A DNA stretch of 62,311 nucleotides, filler included, from Dimorphilus gyrociliatus (lineage: Eukaryota > Animalia > Annelida): NCBI GenBank assembly GCA_904063045.1. It is 3 parts of 3 records of this genome, joined end to end, with 100 filler letters (N's around TTAATTAATTAA, not from the genome) between each part and the next. Parts side by side here need not be neighbours in the genome. Positions count along the whole stretch, not along the records: positions 1 to 30,075 come from CAJFCJ010000138.1; 2 more parts are not named here. One strand, written 5' to 3'. Position numbers and translations under genes: made by a program. Positions 13,174-25,259 of the stretch are shown piece after piece. Numbering within the stretch: position 1 is the stretch's first letter; the number at the start of each line of letters is the position of its first letter. A model generated the notes under the pieces. It was not told where the DNA came from. It did not search any database and saw nothing but the letters and a program-made list of their open reading frames with translations.

Positions 13174-14016
13174 CTGAAATAAAAATATCATTAAAAACTA
13201 CTCTAATTAGTGTGTTGCTTCAACTTTCAAAGTACTCTTTGATCTGATCATATCACTTGAAAAGTACATTTTTTGGTGTTTTTATTTGTAGTAAATAATA
13301 CTAATTGTAGTAAACAGACAACCAAGAAATTTCGGAAATTAAATTCATTGCAGTTTTAACTTTAAATCGCAGGGTTATAAAGTATAAAGTAAACTGTATA
13401 AAAACTGGAACACCTTGAATTTTGATAGGCCAACAATAAAAATCTTTTTAACTATAGATTTTCAGTAAACTTGGATTTATATAGGAATTTCTTTCATACA
13501 GCATTTAGACAAGTTTTTATATTATTTTCAAGAGGATGGATGTATTAATACGAAAGCCTTTTGTATTTTATTGTATTGTTTGTACACAAACAAGTGGATT
13601 ATTACTATTTTCTATACGAAGAAAAATTTTATGTCCCTTTTTTCACTTTTAAATGATTAGGAATGGAAAATTTCATGATATTTTCAATTGTTTTCCAAAT
13701 ATTAAGTGTTTTTTGCTTTAATTAATAGCTAAAACTTGTCATTTAATAATTTTATTTTATTTCATCTAGATATTTTTCTGATTTGAATGACTGTTTTTTT
13801 TAACAATGAGAACATTTATGGAAAAATAACTTAAGAACTTTGAGATAAACACTGGCTTCGGATAAAGTTTTACAATTAGTATTTTAGTCTGCCTTATTGG
13901 AGCTCTCACTGCAATATGGTGAAGAAAATGTAGATAATGTCATCTTTCTACCCTAAACTACCAGTTTACAAAGCATTAGTATGGATACGAAATAATATTG
14001 GCTTTTCCTTTTTCAG

Positions 14017-15690
14017 AATGCTTGATGCAGCTATGAGCACTGAATATCAGTGTGAAATGGAAGGATTATGTACATCTATTGAACAAGTTGACGATGGAAA
14101 ATTGGATTGCAAATATAAATCTGATGAAAATTTTTGTCCAAAACAGTGTTACATCTGTCCTAAAAATTGCATTTGTTCAATGCAAACAATTGTAAAGTGC
14201 TTAGGAAATGTTAAAACTTTTACGTATTTAAAGGTAACTAAATTTCAAAATGGTTGTTTGTATTCAAATATTGAAATAAGAAATTATTTGCAACTTTCTG
14301 GATTCTCAGATCTACAATATTTTAACTTCTATACAACCTATAATTTTTGCAGTTTGTCTCTTAATAATTTCAATATAGGACCTAATGTTTGGAGAAGAAT
14401 ATTTCAATTATGATGAAGAATGGAGAAAGAGCACAATGAAATTCATGTTAACATTTCTTTCTAATTTTTCAACAATTTTCTTATTTGGAAATGTTTTATT
14501 GATCAGATGTAATCAATTTTTAAGTATTCAATTCCCTTTTAAAGTGTATTTAACAAAGAAAATCGTATGCTCTATAATTCTTTTAAATATAATAATTTCA
14601 TTATCTATATCAATTTTACCTCAACTTTTTCGGGTGAAGGTCATCAAAATCCAAGGTCGCCGTTATGTTTATACAATATTATTGATGAAAATGATTATGA
14701 AAGTTGGAGTTTGGGATATATTCAATACGCAATTATTTACCCATTAACTTCTATAGTAGCACTATTTAGTTACTTGAAAATTTTTTACAAAATATTTCAC
14801 AGACTCAGTGTTGAATAAGCCAATTGCATGTTCAAAACAATATGCATTTACTAAGTTATTAGCTATTGATATTTGTTTAAATACAATTTATTGGATTCCA
14901 AATCCCATATTTGGTAAAAAAAATGTTGTCTTTCATTGAATGAAAAAATTGATTTTCTCTAATATTTTTCATAAACAAATTCGTATTTCAAGTCAAGTTA
15001 TGATATATAGTAAATTTATGGTTTATAGTATTTTTAACAATAATTTATTATCTAACTATTCCATTAACTTTTTCAATAAGCGAATGGAAACATTTTCTCC
15101 AAAGGAGAAGAATACAAAAATTAACAATGAAAAATCTATTGGAAAAAAATCTTGTTGAAAAAATGTTGAAAGAGAGTAAATATTTATTTCAAGGTTAAAA
15201 ATTCACTGATCTTTTCTTTCTTAAAGAATTTCCACTTTTTCAAAATTATAATCATCATTTTTTATGCTGCCCTGAAAAAGGAGTTGAAAATTTTTTTCCA
15301 AACAAAGAATTTTATATTAATTTTATCTTTTTGAAATGTATAAAGATCTATCAACAACTTTAAAGTTTATATATGATAAAAATATTTCAATCTTAGGAAA
15401 TATTCAAATGTCTGCTGTGACTTTTAATGTAAAAGAATTAAAAGAAAAAGCATTTCATTTATTTTGTCTTTTTTGGCAGGTAAATGAAAATGGCGACTAC
15501 AACTTTTTCTTAAATGCTAAGACATTTACATCAATTGAGAAAGATGATATTAAATCATTTGGTTACTTAATTGGAAAAATTTTAATTGATTATAAATTGG
15601 AATTTTTAAAAGAGTGCTGTTGAATAATTTAAATAAACTGCTAAACATTGACCAGATTGCTGTAAATTGAATACTAAAATAAATTTATTG
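14017..15690 (+). pseudogene. Disabled LGR/GRL101-like GPCR: LDLa + LRRNT + partial 7TM + pseudokinase-like tail
   Basis: LDLa YQCEMEGLCTSIEQVDDGKLDCKYKSDENFC followed by CPKNCIC. No LRR array or clear TM1. In-frame TAG at 14376-14378 inside TM2 (LLIISI*DLMFGEEYFNYDEEWRKS). Frameshifts near 14630, 14815 and 15335. TM6 IYWIP. Tail KDLSTTLKFIYDKNISILGNI ... EKDDIKSFGYLIGKIL. Confidence 0.75.
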
Positions 15691-16387
15691 ATGGCATTTA
15701 TGGTACTTGGACTATGGTATTTGTTACCTTCGAAGAACAGTGTTTGATATTTGTAACAGCTAATGAATGATATAGAGGAACAAACCTGAAATAAGAACTG
15801 CTGAAAATTACAGAAAAAATTTTCTGGATATTAATCATTTGAACCCATCAATCGTTCGTACTCGGAAGTTGGATAATTATTATATTTAAGACCTGCTTAA
15901 TGAATTAAATTGGACAAGAGCGGTAAGACAATCAATGTCTTACATTGATAAAGTGCAAGAAAATTTAAAGAAAATCTGTTTGGTTTACAGGTGAATTTGC
16001 TAAGAAACAGGTAAGAAAAGAAGCTAAAACAGAATGTAATAGCAGTGATAATATATATCACAAATCCCCTTAGAAATAAGAGAAACATTCACTTTATTCA
16101 CAATCAATTTCATAATTGGTAACAATTTCAAGAATTTAAGAAAAACTGGTTAAAAATAATCAAACTTTCTATACAATCAACTTTAACAATTTGTTGAAAG
16201 AATCAAAATGGTGGCATTTATTGCAAATTAAATATGAACAACTATTTCTCAGCGCAAAAGTTAAAAGTTGTCGGGGATTTACTTAGACATTGTTTTCATT
16301 AAATAAAAAAGACTATATTTTTGATAAAGAAAAAAAATTCAAGCAATGTTCAATTAGCAATAGAGAATAGAATAAAAATGTCCAAAT

Positions 16388-19300
16388 TCAAGATTCACAT
16401 TGAAGTTTACTTTTTTTGAAATTTGTTGAGCCCTCTATACTATAAATAATATTATCTTTATATCTTTGATTACATTTCTTTTTTTTAATAGTAACAATCA
16501 CTGCAACTGTTATTGAGAAGACAAAGGCTAGTGATCCAATTAATATGCCTATTATCAGACCACTCTTTGATTTTTTTTTGAGTTTGTAGAAATGGGCATA
16601 CTTAACATCAACTATGTTGGATAATTGCCCTAAAAGCGATTTATCAGAGACGGCTCGTACTCCTACAAACCAAGATTCGTGCATTTTGTAGCCAATGTTT
16701 CTAAACGAAATAAGTCTGTTTTCAAATCCACCACGTTTACTCCTAACTTGCAGACCAAATCTAGTAATCATATTTTTTGTAACTTGTCTACAACTATTTG
16801 TACAATTTTCTCTAATATCGGAGATATTTTTGGCATAGTATATGATGTAACGATTAGCTAGGTAAATAACATAAATATCAATTTAACAATTTGCAGTAAA
16901 ACCATATATAGTATAATTTACCTTGACCTCCTTCAGCATAATTTCCAGTGGCAGTCCATGTTAAATTTAGAATGAAATCTGAACTTATGCTAACAACTTT
17001 AAGATCTGTTATTTTCCAAGGATTGTAAGGTACTTGTCCTTTTGAAAAGTTGGTATAAATCATTCCAACAGATACAACTCTTTCGAAACTTTCCAATAAT
17101 TCTACTTCTTCAATTTCTTTAGCTGAAAGTGAAGATTTACAAACACAAATGTATAGGCTTAAAAATATAGGATAACTAAATTTCTTATACTTGAATGATA
17201 ATTAACTGGAGGGGCACCTGAGCCATAGCTCCGGGACCGTTTTACTGCTCTTGTATGCCAACTATTACCCTTAACGGTGATATATGCATTAGCTGCCTTG
17301 TAGTTGATTTTATCACCATATATTCCAGAATATATTCCATCATTTTTTTTAACATCTGATCCTGTACCATCATCTAAGAGTTGGAATTTTCTCATATTTC
17401 CCGTATTGACACCCCTAAAAGCAGATACTTCGGCTCCTATGATAGGTCTATTACCCTTTTTAACAATTGCTTGAATACTTAGCATTGGTGGAGAATCTTT
17501 GAAAAAATGCACTCAATATTTAAACGTCAAAAAACTTATTATATCTTAAAAAGTATACCATTGTCATAATAATCTATGTAGTTGTGTGAAAGTGTTCCAT
17601 CAACGTATATCATTTCAGGATTATTCTTCTCAGTGTAACTTTCTACGGAATATCTCACAGAACAGTTTGTCAGTGACCCTCCTACCATTCTTATATTCCA
17701 TACTCCCGGCTAAAATCAATGGACCAACTTACAATTCAAGAAGAAAGGAGAATATATGAATAATTTTATACCTTTCCAGATGTTTTGAATGACATATAAC
17801 TTGAATTAAATTTTGTATCATAAACAATTTCGTTTTCTGCATTGAAAACCAAAACATTTGTCTTTTGACAAAATTTAGTCCAAAAAGTGAACTGTAAATA
17901 TCTTGACATGACACTGTTGATTAGTATGGTTCGTGTAAAAGTTCTAAATAAATATATGTTAATGTTTCCAGCAGTAATCTGTTTTTTATTTTCATTATGT
18001 AATATTTTAATGTTTTCAAAATAAAATATAGAGTCTTACTAAAAACGGAGCCAGACTGTCCTTTGGTACAGATTCTTTAAGTATCTCTTGCAATGAATCA
18101 GCCATGGTAAAGCCAAGGTACGTGGGAAAGTACGCATAGGGAAAAGTATATGCATTACCACCCGTACAATAGCTGAGTCTTATTAATTCTTCACTAATAT
18201 CCTGTTAAGAATTAAATCGTTATGAAAATATTGGTTATGGGATATATTCGATTGCCTACATCATCTTTATTAAGAGAATAAACCCTAACTCCGGATAATA
18301 TGAGTGTTTTTGCGATTTCCTGAGATATTGAATTTGTAGGAAACTCTTTAGTAGCTTTAAGGACGATTATGATACTACCCTTTGCTCCTTCAGGGTAATC
18401 TTGGAATAGCTAGATACAAAATGATTTCATTTCAGTGAAAAAATAAAATAAGATATTTAAAAAACTAACAGATAGTGCTTGAAGTAATCCAGGACCCATT
18501 GAACTGTTGATGCGCCTAAAATCTGGTTTATCAACTGGAATCAAATCTAATAGAGTTTTGATGTCGGACTGAGAGTTTACTGGCATAATTCTTTGAATAG
18601 TTTTAGTATAGTTGCGAAATTCAACCATGCCTACTGATACTCCTAACAAACTCCGACTTTGTAAGAATTTAAGAACAGCTTCGGCCCAGTAAGAAGAATC
18701 AACAGGTGGCTGTTGTTTTTTAAAATGCAAAATAAATTATTGCTTGTAGTTTAAATAGCAAAAACATATTCACATTAAAATTTCCCATTGTTCTATCAAA
18801 GAGTAAAACAATCCTTAAAGGTGGCTCTTGTATGATTGTAAAAGTCGGCTTAGTATTGGTATTTAAAGGGAGTTTTTTATTGATATTCTCAAAATCATCA
18901 TGTTCCATCATTACTTCCCAAGCACTTTTTCCATCACAAAACCGATTTTGATTGTTGTCTGCATCGCTGTTATGATCATTTTTGGATCCTACTCTATTAC
19001 AAAATTTTGCATTTTCCATAAAATGCATGTACATAATGGAAGCTTCATTTTCTTGAAATTTATTTGCCTTGAAAGTACACTTATCCACATTTACAATGGT
19101 TTCTCCTGTCAATGATTTTGTGCATTTGTTAGGATATGCACTTTTTCTATCGGTTGATAATTGGCAATTAGATTTATCATTTTCCCAGTTTAATTCGTCG
19201 TGTAGACCCCATCTTAAATGGGCCCATTCATGAACAAGTGTTTTGCCTGAAGGACAAGAAAGAAATAATTGAGTATCAATAGCATAACATATAGATATTG

Positions 19301-19909
19301 TAGCTTGATTATTAACCAATTGGTCCAAAATATTTCTCTGAAGCACTTCTATTTTTTAAATAATCTTTACTAAGGTAAGTATATTTTCCTGGATTGCCAC
19401 ATTTTCCTCCCTAAATATTTTAATTTCATAAAGAAATTTTGTATTTTCTAAGATTTTAAAACTTGCCATCATCACTGTAAAAGGATTATCTCCCCATTCT
19501 AATGTTGAGTTTCCAACACGGATATGTCCTTTATCAAAAGTTTGCCAAGTAGATGGTTCGGCTTGTATATTTTTCCATTTTCGTGGAATTAAAATTTTAA
19601 CCTCTTTAAAATATACCCTATGTTCTGTTAATTGAAAGAGCTCGGATGATGCTTCAGTCAAGTATTCCTAAGTTACGTTATAAGTGCAAAGATATTCAAT
19701 GTTAAGTTATAGATTAACAGTACAACCTTAATTTTTGAAATGATTCCTTCATCTTCTTCATCAGAATCTATAGTAACCAACAAGTCATGGTATCCTCCAT
19801 TTATAAGTACCACTCTATTTATAGGTAAGAGAGCCTTATTTTGAAAAGTACATGAACTTAGACAAGTTCCAAAACTTGTCAACAGCAAAAGAAGCTGAAA
19901 TAGCGACAT
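16388..19909 (-). CDS. CLCA: CLCA-like (calcium-activated chloride channel regulator) zinc metalloprotease-vWA-FnIII-TM protein, multi-exon
   Basis: Signal peptide; NGGYHDLLVTID; RVYFKEVKILIPRKW; VHEWAHLRWGLHDE zinc motif; SIMY and FCDGKSAWEV; vWA start LRIVLLFD; LLDDGTGSDVKKNDGIYS; PWKITDL..LTWTATG FnIII; C-terminal TM GLIIGILIGSLAFVFSITVAVIV. All are CLCA family hallmarks in the correct order. Confidence 0.92.
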
Positions 19910-20759
19910 TTCTCTGAGCTAACATGCAAAACTGCGAAGTGTGACCTACGTAGCAAAATGAATCATACTGAGAAAATTTGAGTAATATATAATGATAACT
20001 ATAAAAGATATTAGTACAAAAAAAGGATTGCTATCAGTCATGTGATACTGATAGTATAAAATCAATATTCTCCGCAACACATGATAAAAACAAACATACC
20101 AGAGAATAGTTTCTTTATCAATCTGGAATTTAACTTTTAAATTTTATTTCAGCGTTTTTCAATGAAAAAGGTCAGTTAATTAAATTGAACTGAAAGATTC
20201 CAGCTAATTTAATTTCATATTATAAAATGCACTTAACTTAAGCAATACTGTTTATCTAAATTATTTATGATAAGGATTTAACAGATAATGAATTATAATT
20301 CTAATCAACTCTCTTTATGCAACAAAGAATCCTTATACAAGACATCTCTATACGCATGCCTATAGATATATGCGTTGATGAATTTAGGGGGGCGTGTATT
20401 CTGTAATTGCTTAAATCAACTTTTCAGAGTACGCATTCAAATTGTGTAATATTACTTGATAATTTCATATTTTTAGAATTTGTAATATGCTAATGACCAT
20501 AAAACTGGAAAATATGATTTTTTGAAAGAATGAAGCATTATTAATTTCAGTTTTTTAAAAGTCTTTCAACAGAGCAGAAATTACGAAAATATGAATATGG
20601 TAGCCTCTGAACTAAGAAATTATGCATTTAAATACTAAAACAGTGTCGGTTCTGCTTGAATCATTTCCCATAGTAAATATGCATGTTTTCTATTTTGCCC
20701 GTTTTTAAATGTTGCTCAATTCATTTTACAATAGTTTAAAGCATAATAATTAAATATTC

Positions 20760-21626
20760 TATGATAAATCCATGGGAGAAGGATTGATCAATATTACTGA
20801 TATATTTGTACTCAAATTACATCAGCTACATAGATATTCTTCAAACTTTTGGAGGATTTTATAAATCCTTTACAAATATCCAATAATCAGTATTCCATCT
20901 TCTCATCGTCGTGTAGAGTGATCGTTTCGATTTTAGAAAAATATTTGATTAGTTTTCTGATATCTCCAATTTGCTCTTCATTTAAATAAGAGAATTGTAA
21001 ATCACAATGGTCTTCATTAAGCCAACAAAAATGAAAATCAAGATTTTTCATATTATTTAAAGAGTTTTAAATAACTCTTACAAATATTCAATAATCCATT
21101 TCCCATATCACAATTACAAGAGAGATTTATTGCTTCTATTTTAGAACAGTGTTTTAGGAGGTATCCAATCTCTATACTACGTTCTTCATTTAAATCACAC
21201 TGCGCAAAATCAAGTCTCTTCAGCAATTTGAAGATTTTTGAAGACTTTTACAAATATTTGCGATTCCATTCCCATTTTTAATTTATGCGTCTGTGAACTG
21301 CAATTCTCTATTGAATTAGACATTTCCATAGTTATTTTTTAAACAAATGTAGAACAAAATGTATGTTCAAAAGAAAGTTTTTCTGGATCAGTCATTGCCA
21401 AAGATTTTAAACAAGTAAGGTATTACAATTTCTTATGTGAGGTAAACTTCCATAGGTAGCCATTTTGAAATTTTGTTTGGAAATGACAGTTCTCTTTGCA
21501 ATGGGGTATAACTAAAATGCGGCGCGCAATCTTACAATTTGCATGGAATAATAATGTTTCAAATAGAAAGTCTATATCTCTTAAAATAAAGCATTTACTA
21601 TCTAAACATCTTGCCTCCAATGACAA
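20760..21626 (-). pseudogene. Decayed NLR-type LRR array remnant
   Basis: Hand translation of the minus strand gives fragments such as KMGNGIANICKSLQKSSN and LDFAQCDLNEEQ. These match the 57-aa LRR unit of the NLR at 56751-61145 and are broken by stops and frameshifts. Confidence 0.7.
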
Positions 21627-21809
21627 ACAAATTTGTAAAATGCTGTTAGGAATGTTTAGGAATTCCTCAAAAACATCCCACTTGATATATATTTTAGATA
21701 ATTATAGCATAATAACGGTGGAAATAAAATCCAGTGAATAAGTGATAAAAGCTATAGATTAATTGAGTAAGATAAAAAACAAAACTGTCTAGAAAAATAT
21801 TCATTCAGT

Positions 21810-23165
21810 TTACATTGAGTTATAATACTGAAAATAAATAAATAATTCGTTATAGAATGATTGCAAATTTGATGAATAAAATAGTGAGAATGATTCACAA
21901 TTGAAATTTTCACAATTGCAAACATATAAGCATTTATCATGCATATCTTTCTCTGTGAAATATCCATCGTTTGTGTCCAATAGTTTACATTCAGTAATAT
22001 ATTCCTCTCCATTTTCTGCTTTGACTGAGGTTATAAAATAAAAAATTGCTTTTTTACAGGCATTTTCAATAGCTACTCCTTTTAGGACAATTTGAAAAGA
22101 TGATACATTGTATTTGGATATATCTGATGTGTATTTTACATTTCCATTACAATCTTTTGTTTGAATATTAGTGACATAGAGATAATTGTTTTCGTTATGA
22201 AATATTGTATATACTTTCACTGTTTGGTTAATACTATAACCAAAAACGTCCAATTCACATATAATAAGCCGTGCAGAGTTGGAAGTAATAAGAGCTGATA
22301 AATAACGACCAACAGTTGATTTTGGACATCTCATTGTCAAGTAGAGAGGTAATTCTCCATCGTAATAAGCGCATTCTGAAGGGATTGCAGGTGTGGGAAC
22401 ACTATCATTTTTAGAAACAGCTATACGAACATTATGTAATGCATCACCATTTCTTCCTCCTGAAATTATTGAAACTGCGAGAACAAAGCTGATATTTTCC
22501 AAATCAACTTTCCACCATGGTTGATCTTCCAGAAGGGATTGTGAGCATAGAATACCATTTTGGCTATATATCCAATTAATTTGACCATCAACTGCTGAAG
22601 GGGGATCTAGTGTATTAAAATAACTACTTGCTGATACGTTTTTATATTTAGCAATATTTGGCAAACTCCATATTTCCACTTGACACAAAGTTATAATCTC
22701 GTATCTATCAATATAGAAGATAACTGTACTTGCATAATGAGGCTTGTTGACATAGTTCATTGTTTTTGATTGTGAATTGCCAAGAGGATTATCAAGTGAA
22801 GAAAATTGTTGAAATTGATTGGTATCTATTGTTGAAATATCCCTAGATAATTTAGTTCCAACAATTAAATCATTTAATCTGTCTGCAAGACTTGCTCTAT
22901 TCAAAATCCTGATAGTTTGAACAATATAAGATCTTTCAAATTGAATTATATACCACGGTTTATATTGGCTTCTCGAATGGGAACACGTTCTGTATGAAGC
23001 ATGCTGAGAGGAAAATTCCCCGTTAACAGCAAAGTCACTAGAACTAGTTGGCCACGTAGAAGGCAATAGAGTATATTGTTTCAAAGCTATATTTACGTGT
23101 TTATATTTCTGTGAATTACTTGTATTTAAAAGAAGTATATAGATCCAAAAGATAATTTGAAACAT
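21810..23165 (-). CDS. Secreted tandem F-type lectin (fucolectin/FTP, F5/8C-like) domain protein with a Cys-rich C-terminal domain; intronless
   Basis: Signal peptide from the Met at 23165 (MFQIIFWIYILLLNTSNS). Two FTP domains: AVNG..CSHS..KPWY..LNR..DRL..TLCQVEI and AVDG..CSQS..QPWWKVDL..GRY..ICELDVFG. About 130-aa C-terminal domain with C..C..CLYVCNC..C. Confidence 0.85.
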   Translation of the reverse strand: MFQIIFWIYILLLNTSNSQKYKHVNIALKQYTLLPSTWPTSSSDFAVNGEFSSQHASYRTCSHSRSQYKPWYIIQFERSYIVQTIRILNRASLADRLNDLIVGTKLSRDISTIDTNQFQQFSSLDNPLGNSQSKTMNYVNKPHYASTVIFYIDRYEIITLCQVEIWSLPNIAKYKNVSASSYFNTLDPPSAVDGQINWIYSQNGILCSQSLLEDQPWWKVDLENISFVLAVSIISGGRNGDALHNVRIAVSKNDSVPTPAIPSECAYYDGELPLYLTMRCPKSTVGRYLSALITSNSARLIICELDVFGYSINQTVKVYTIFHNENNYLYVTNIQTKDCNGNVKYTSDISKYNVSSFQIVLKGVAIENACKKAIFYFITSVKAENGEEYITECKLLDTNDGYFTEKDMHDKCLYVCNCENFNCESFSLFYSSNLQSFYNELFIYFQYYNSM

Positions 23166-24599
23166 TTGTTCACCTTGTCCCTTCCTAATCTTCTTGCTAA
23201 GCAATAAAATGGCTGCCAGTTGCAGCTTTGTTCACCACATTTAATATTCATATTTTTTTTAAAATTATATTGTTTATATACATATATTATATTCATTTTA
23301 ACAATTTATATTCAACTATTAAATTCTTTATGACTCTTTTACTTAATACATTGATTAAATGATTCAAGAGAATCAATAATGGATAGAAAAATAGATTTTC
23401 TTATATTTCACTGTACATTGAAATGTACATAAAACAGAAATCTTTCAAATACAATATGCAGGAATGCATTCAGAAAAATGAACTATACACTATTCATACT
23501 ACAATTTTTTCAACCTATTTTCAATATCAGTCACACAACAACTATAAAAAACAGAGTTCATTTATTCATTGTCTAAGAAAATAGATCACGTGTTTTCGAT
23601 TTATCAGAAAGAAAATGATACCTATTGTAAAACATCAATATTTTATCGAATAAGAGATGTAGAGTTGGAAATGAAAAGAGTTAATAGAAACCATCACTAT
23701 TGTTGATTTTGGGAATCTGCCTATCAAATAGATGGGTAATTTCTACCGCAATTCTGCAGAAATTTCATGTGTTGGAAAAATATTTTGTTGAATTATAAGA
23801 GAACTAATACAACGATAGTAAGACCATATATATTAGGACAAAAGTGTGATTAATGCCGAAATAATGTTTTACCAAAACTAAATTAATAGGCTAACAGGTT
23901 AATAAGCAAAGGTATTAATCTCCAAAACTATCTGGGATTTCTTCATATGTAAATAGGATTAGATACTAATTTCTTTAAAAGTAACTAGCAGACTATATGT
24001 GGCAATTTTGTTACACATTTTAACTTAGTTCAGAGTAAAACCAACTTTGGAAGTAGACAAATCTTACTCTGATATTTTTTATTATAAAATAAACATTACA
24101 ATTTTGCTGAAGAGAGGGAGATTATAATAAGAAAACTTTAATTGAGATTTGTGTAAATAAAATGATAACAGATTTGGATTATCACGAAAAAGTCTGCATT
24201 AATAAGAATTTCAGAATACCAGATTCAATTACAAATTTTTTATTTAAACGTTTCGTAATATCAGGAAAGATGTTCTTTTTGCACAAAGTTTTTTCTCTAC
24301 AGAGTATACAACATTAACAGTTATTGATTTGGAAGATTACAATATGGAATCTTATAGATTAAACTTTCTTCAAAATCATTCTATCAAGATGGTGAAATTG
24401 CATGATTGCATCAATATTCAAAACAGTCTGTAGAGAAAAACCTTTTGTGCTTAAATTTCCGTAAAATTTTCATCAACAACTCCTTCAGGAAAGACTCTCT
24501 CTCTGTTCTTCCCAACGAGGCTAGGACAGTTGATTTCTTTAAACAATACAGATGGCTCTACTGTTGTTCAATGCTCACCTTGGCTTTTTGACACATATC

Positions 24600-24605
<6 letters not shown>

Positions 24606-24637
<32 letters not shown>
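24606..24637. repeat. (AT)16 microsatellite
   Basis: Uninterrupted AT dinucleotide run. Confidence 0.95.
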
Positions 24638-24640
<3 letters not shown>

Positions 24641-25259
24641 ATTCTAAAGTGGCTCAATCTGTTATAATATTCAATTTTCTATGTAATAGAAGTCTTTCTG
24701 AAGTGTCACAATTTTGATTCCCACAAAATGAAAATCTTTCTATTTAATATAGGAACAGTTTTTTTACTCGCCTGACTAAACACTAACCACCGACTCAATT
24801 GCCAAACACTAACATTGAGCCCACAGACATTTAAAAATTTCAGAAATATTTCAGCTGATAAACAAAAGCTTTATCCTAATCTAAGTCCTTCTCTGTTTAG
24901 CCTTTTTTTGGCCCTAGAACTACAATTCTGCAATTATTTGAAAAACTATTCACTGAAAAAACAATATTTATCTTTCGAATAAAAATTTATGTTTTTTCAA
25001 TTTGTTTGCCGATCGTTGCATATTGTAACTCTGCAATGTTCAATACTTGTTGTATGCGTTACTAAGAAAAATTAGAGTGGTTTCCAGTTTACCTTAAATA
25101 TTTTTCTTCTGTAAAAGATATAGCTATATTTTTGCTGGTGAAGTCTCTTATTAATTTGTTTATGCTGATTTAAAAATATAATTTATTTAAAATTTCGTAG
25201 AATATTTTAGTATTTTTGTTTATAAATTACAATTTATTTTGGTTAAATCACTAAAAAGA

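Noticed and set aside
15336-15860. HECT-ligase-like fragment (ENGDY..FGYLIGK)
   Set aside because: Better explained as the LGR pseudokinase-like tail: same intron position as, and close match to, EKEDIFSLGILIKKIL at 11.1 kb. No HECT catalytic Cys region is visible.
23450-24590. Possible decayed NLR middle region on the plus strand (TLTVIDLEDY..LNFLQN)
   Set aside because: Only vague similarity with many stops; not supportable.
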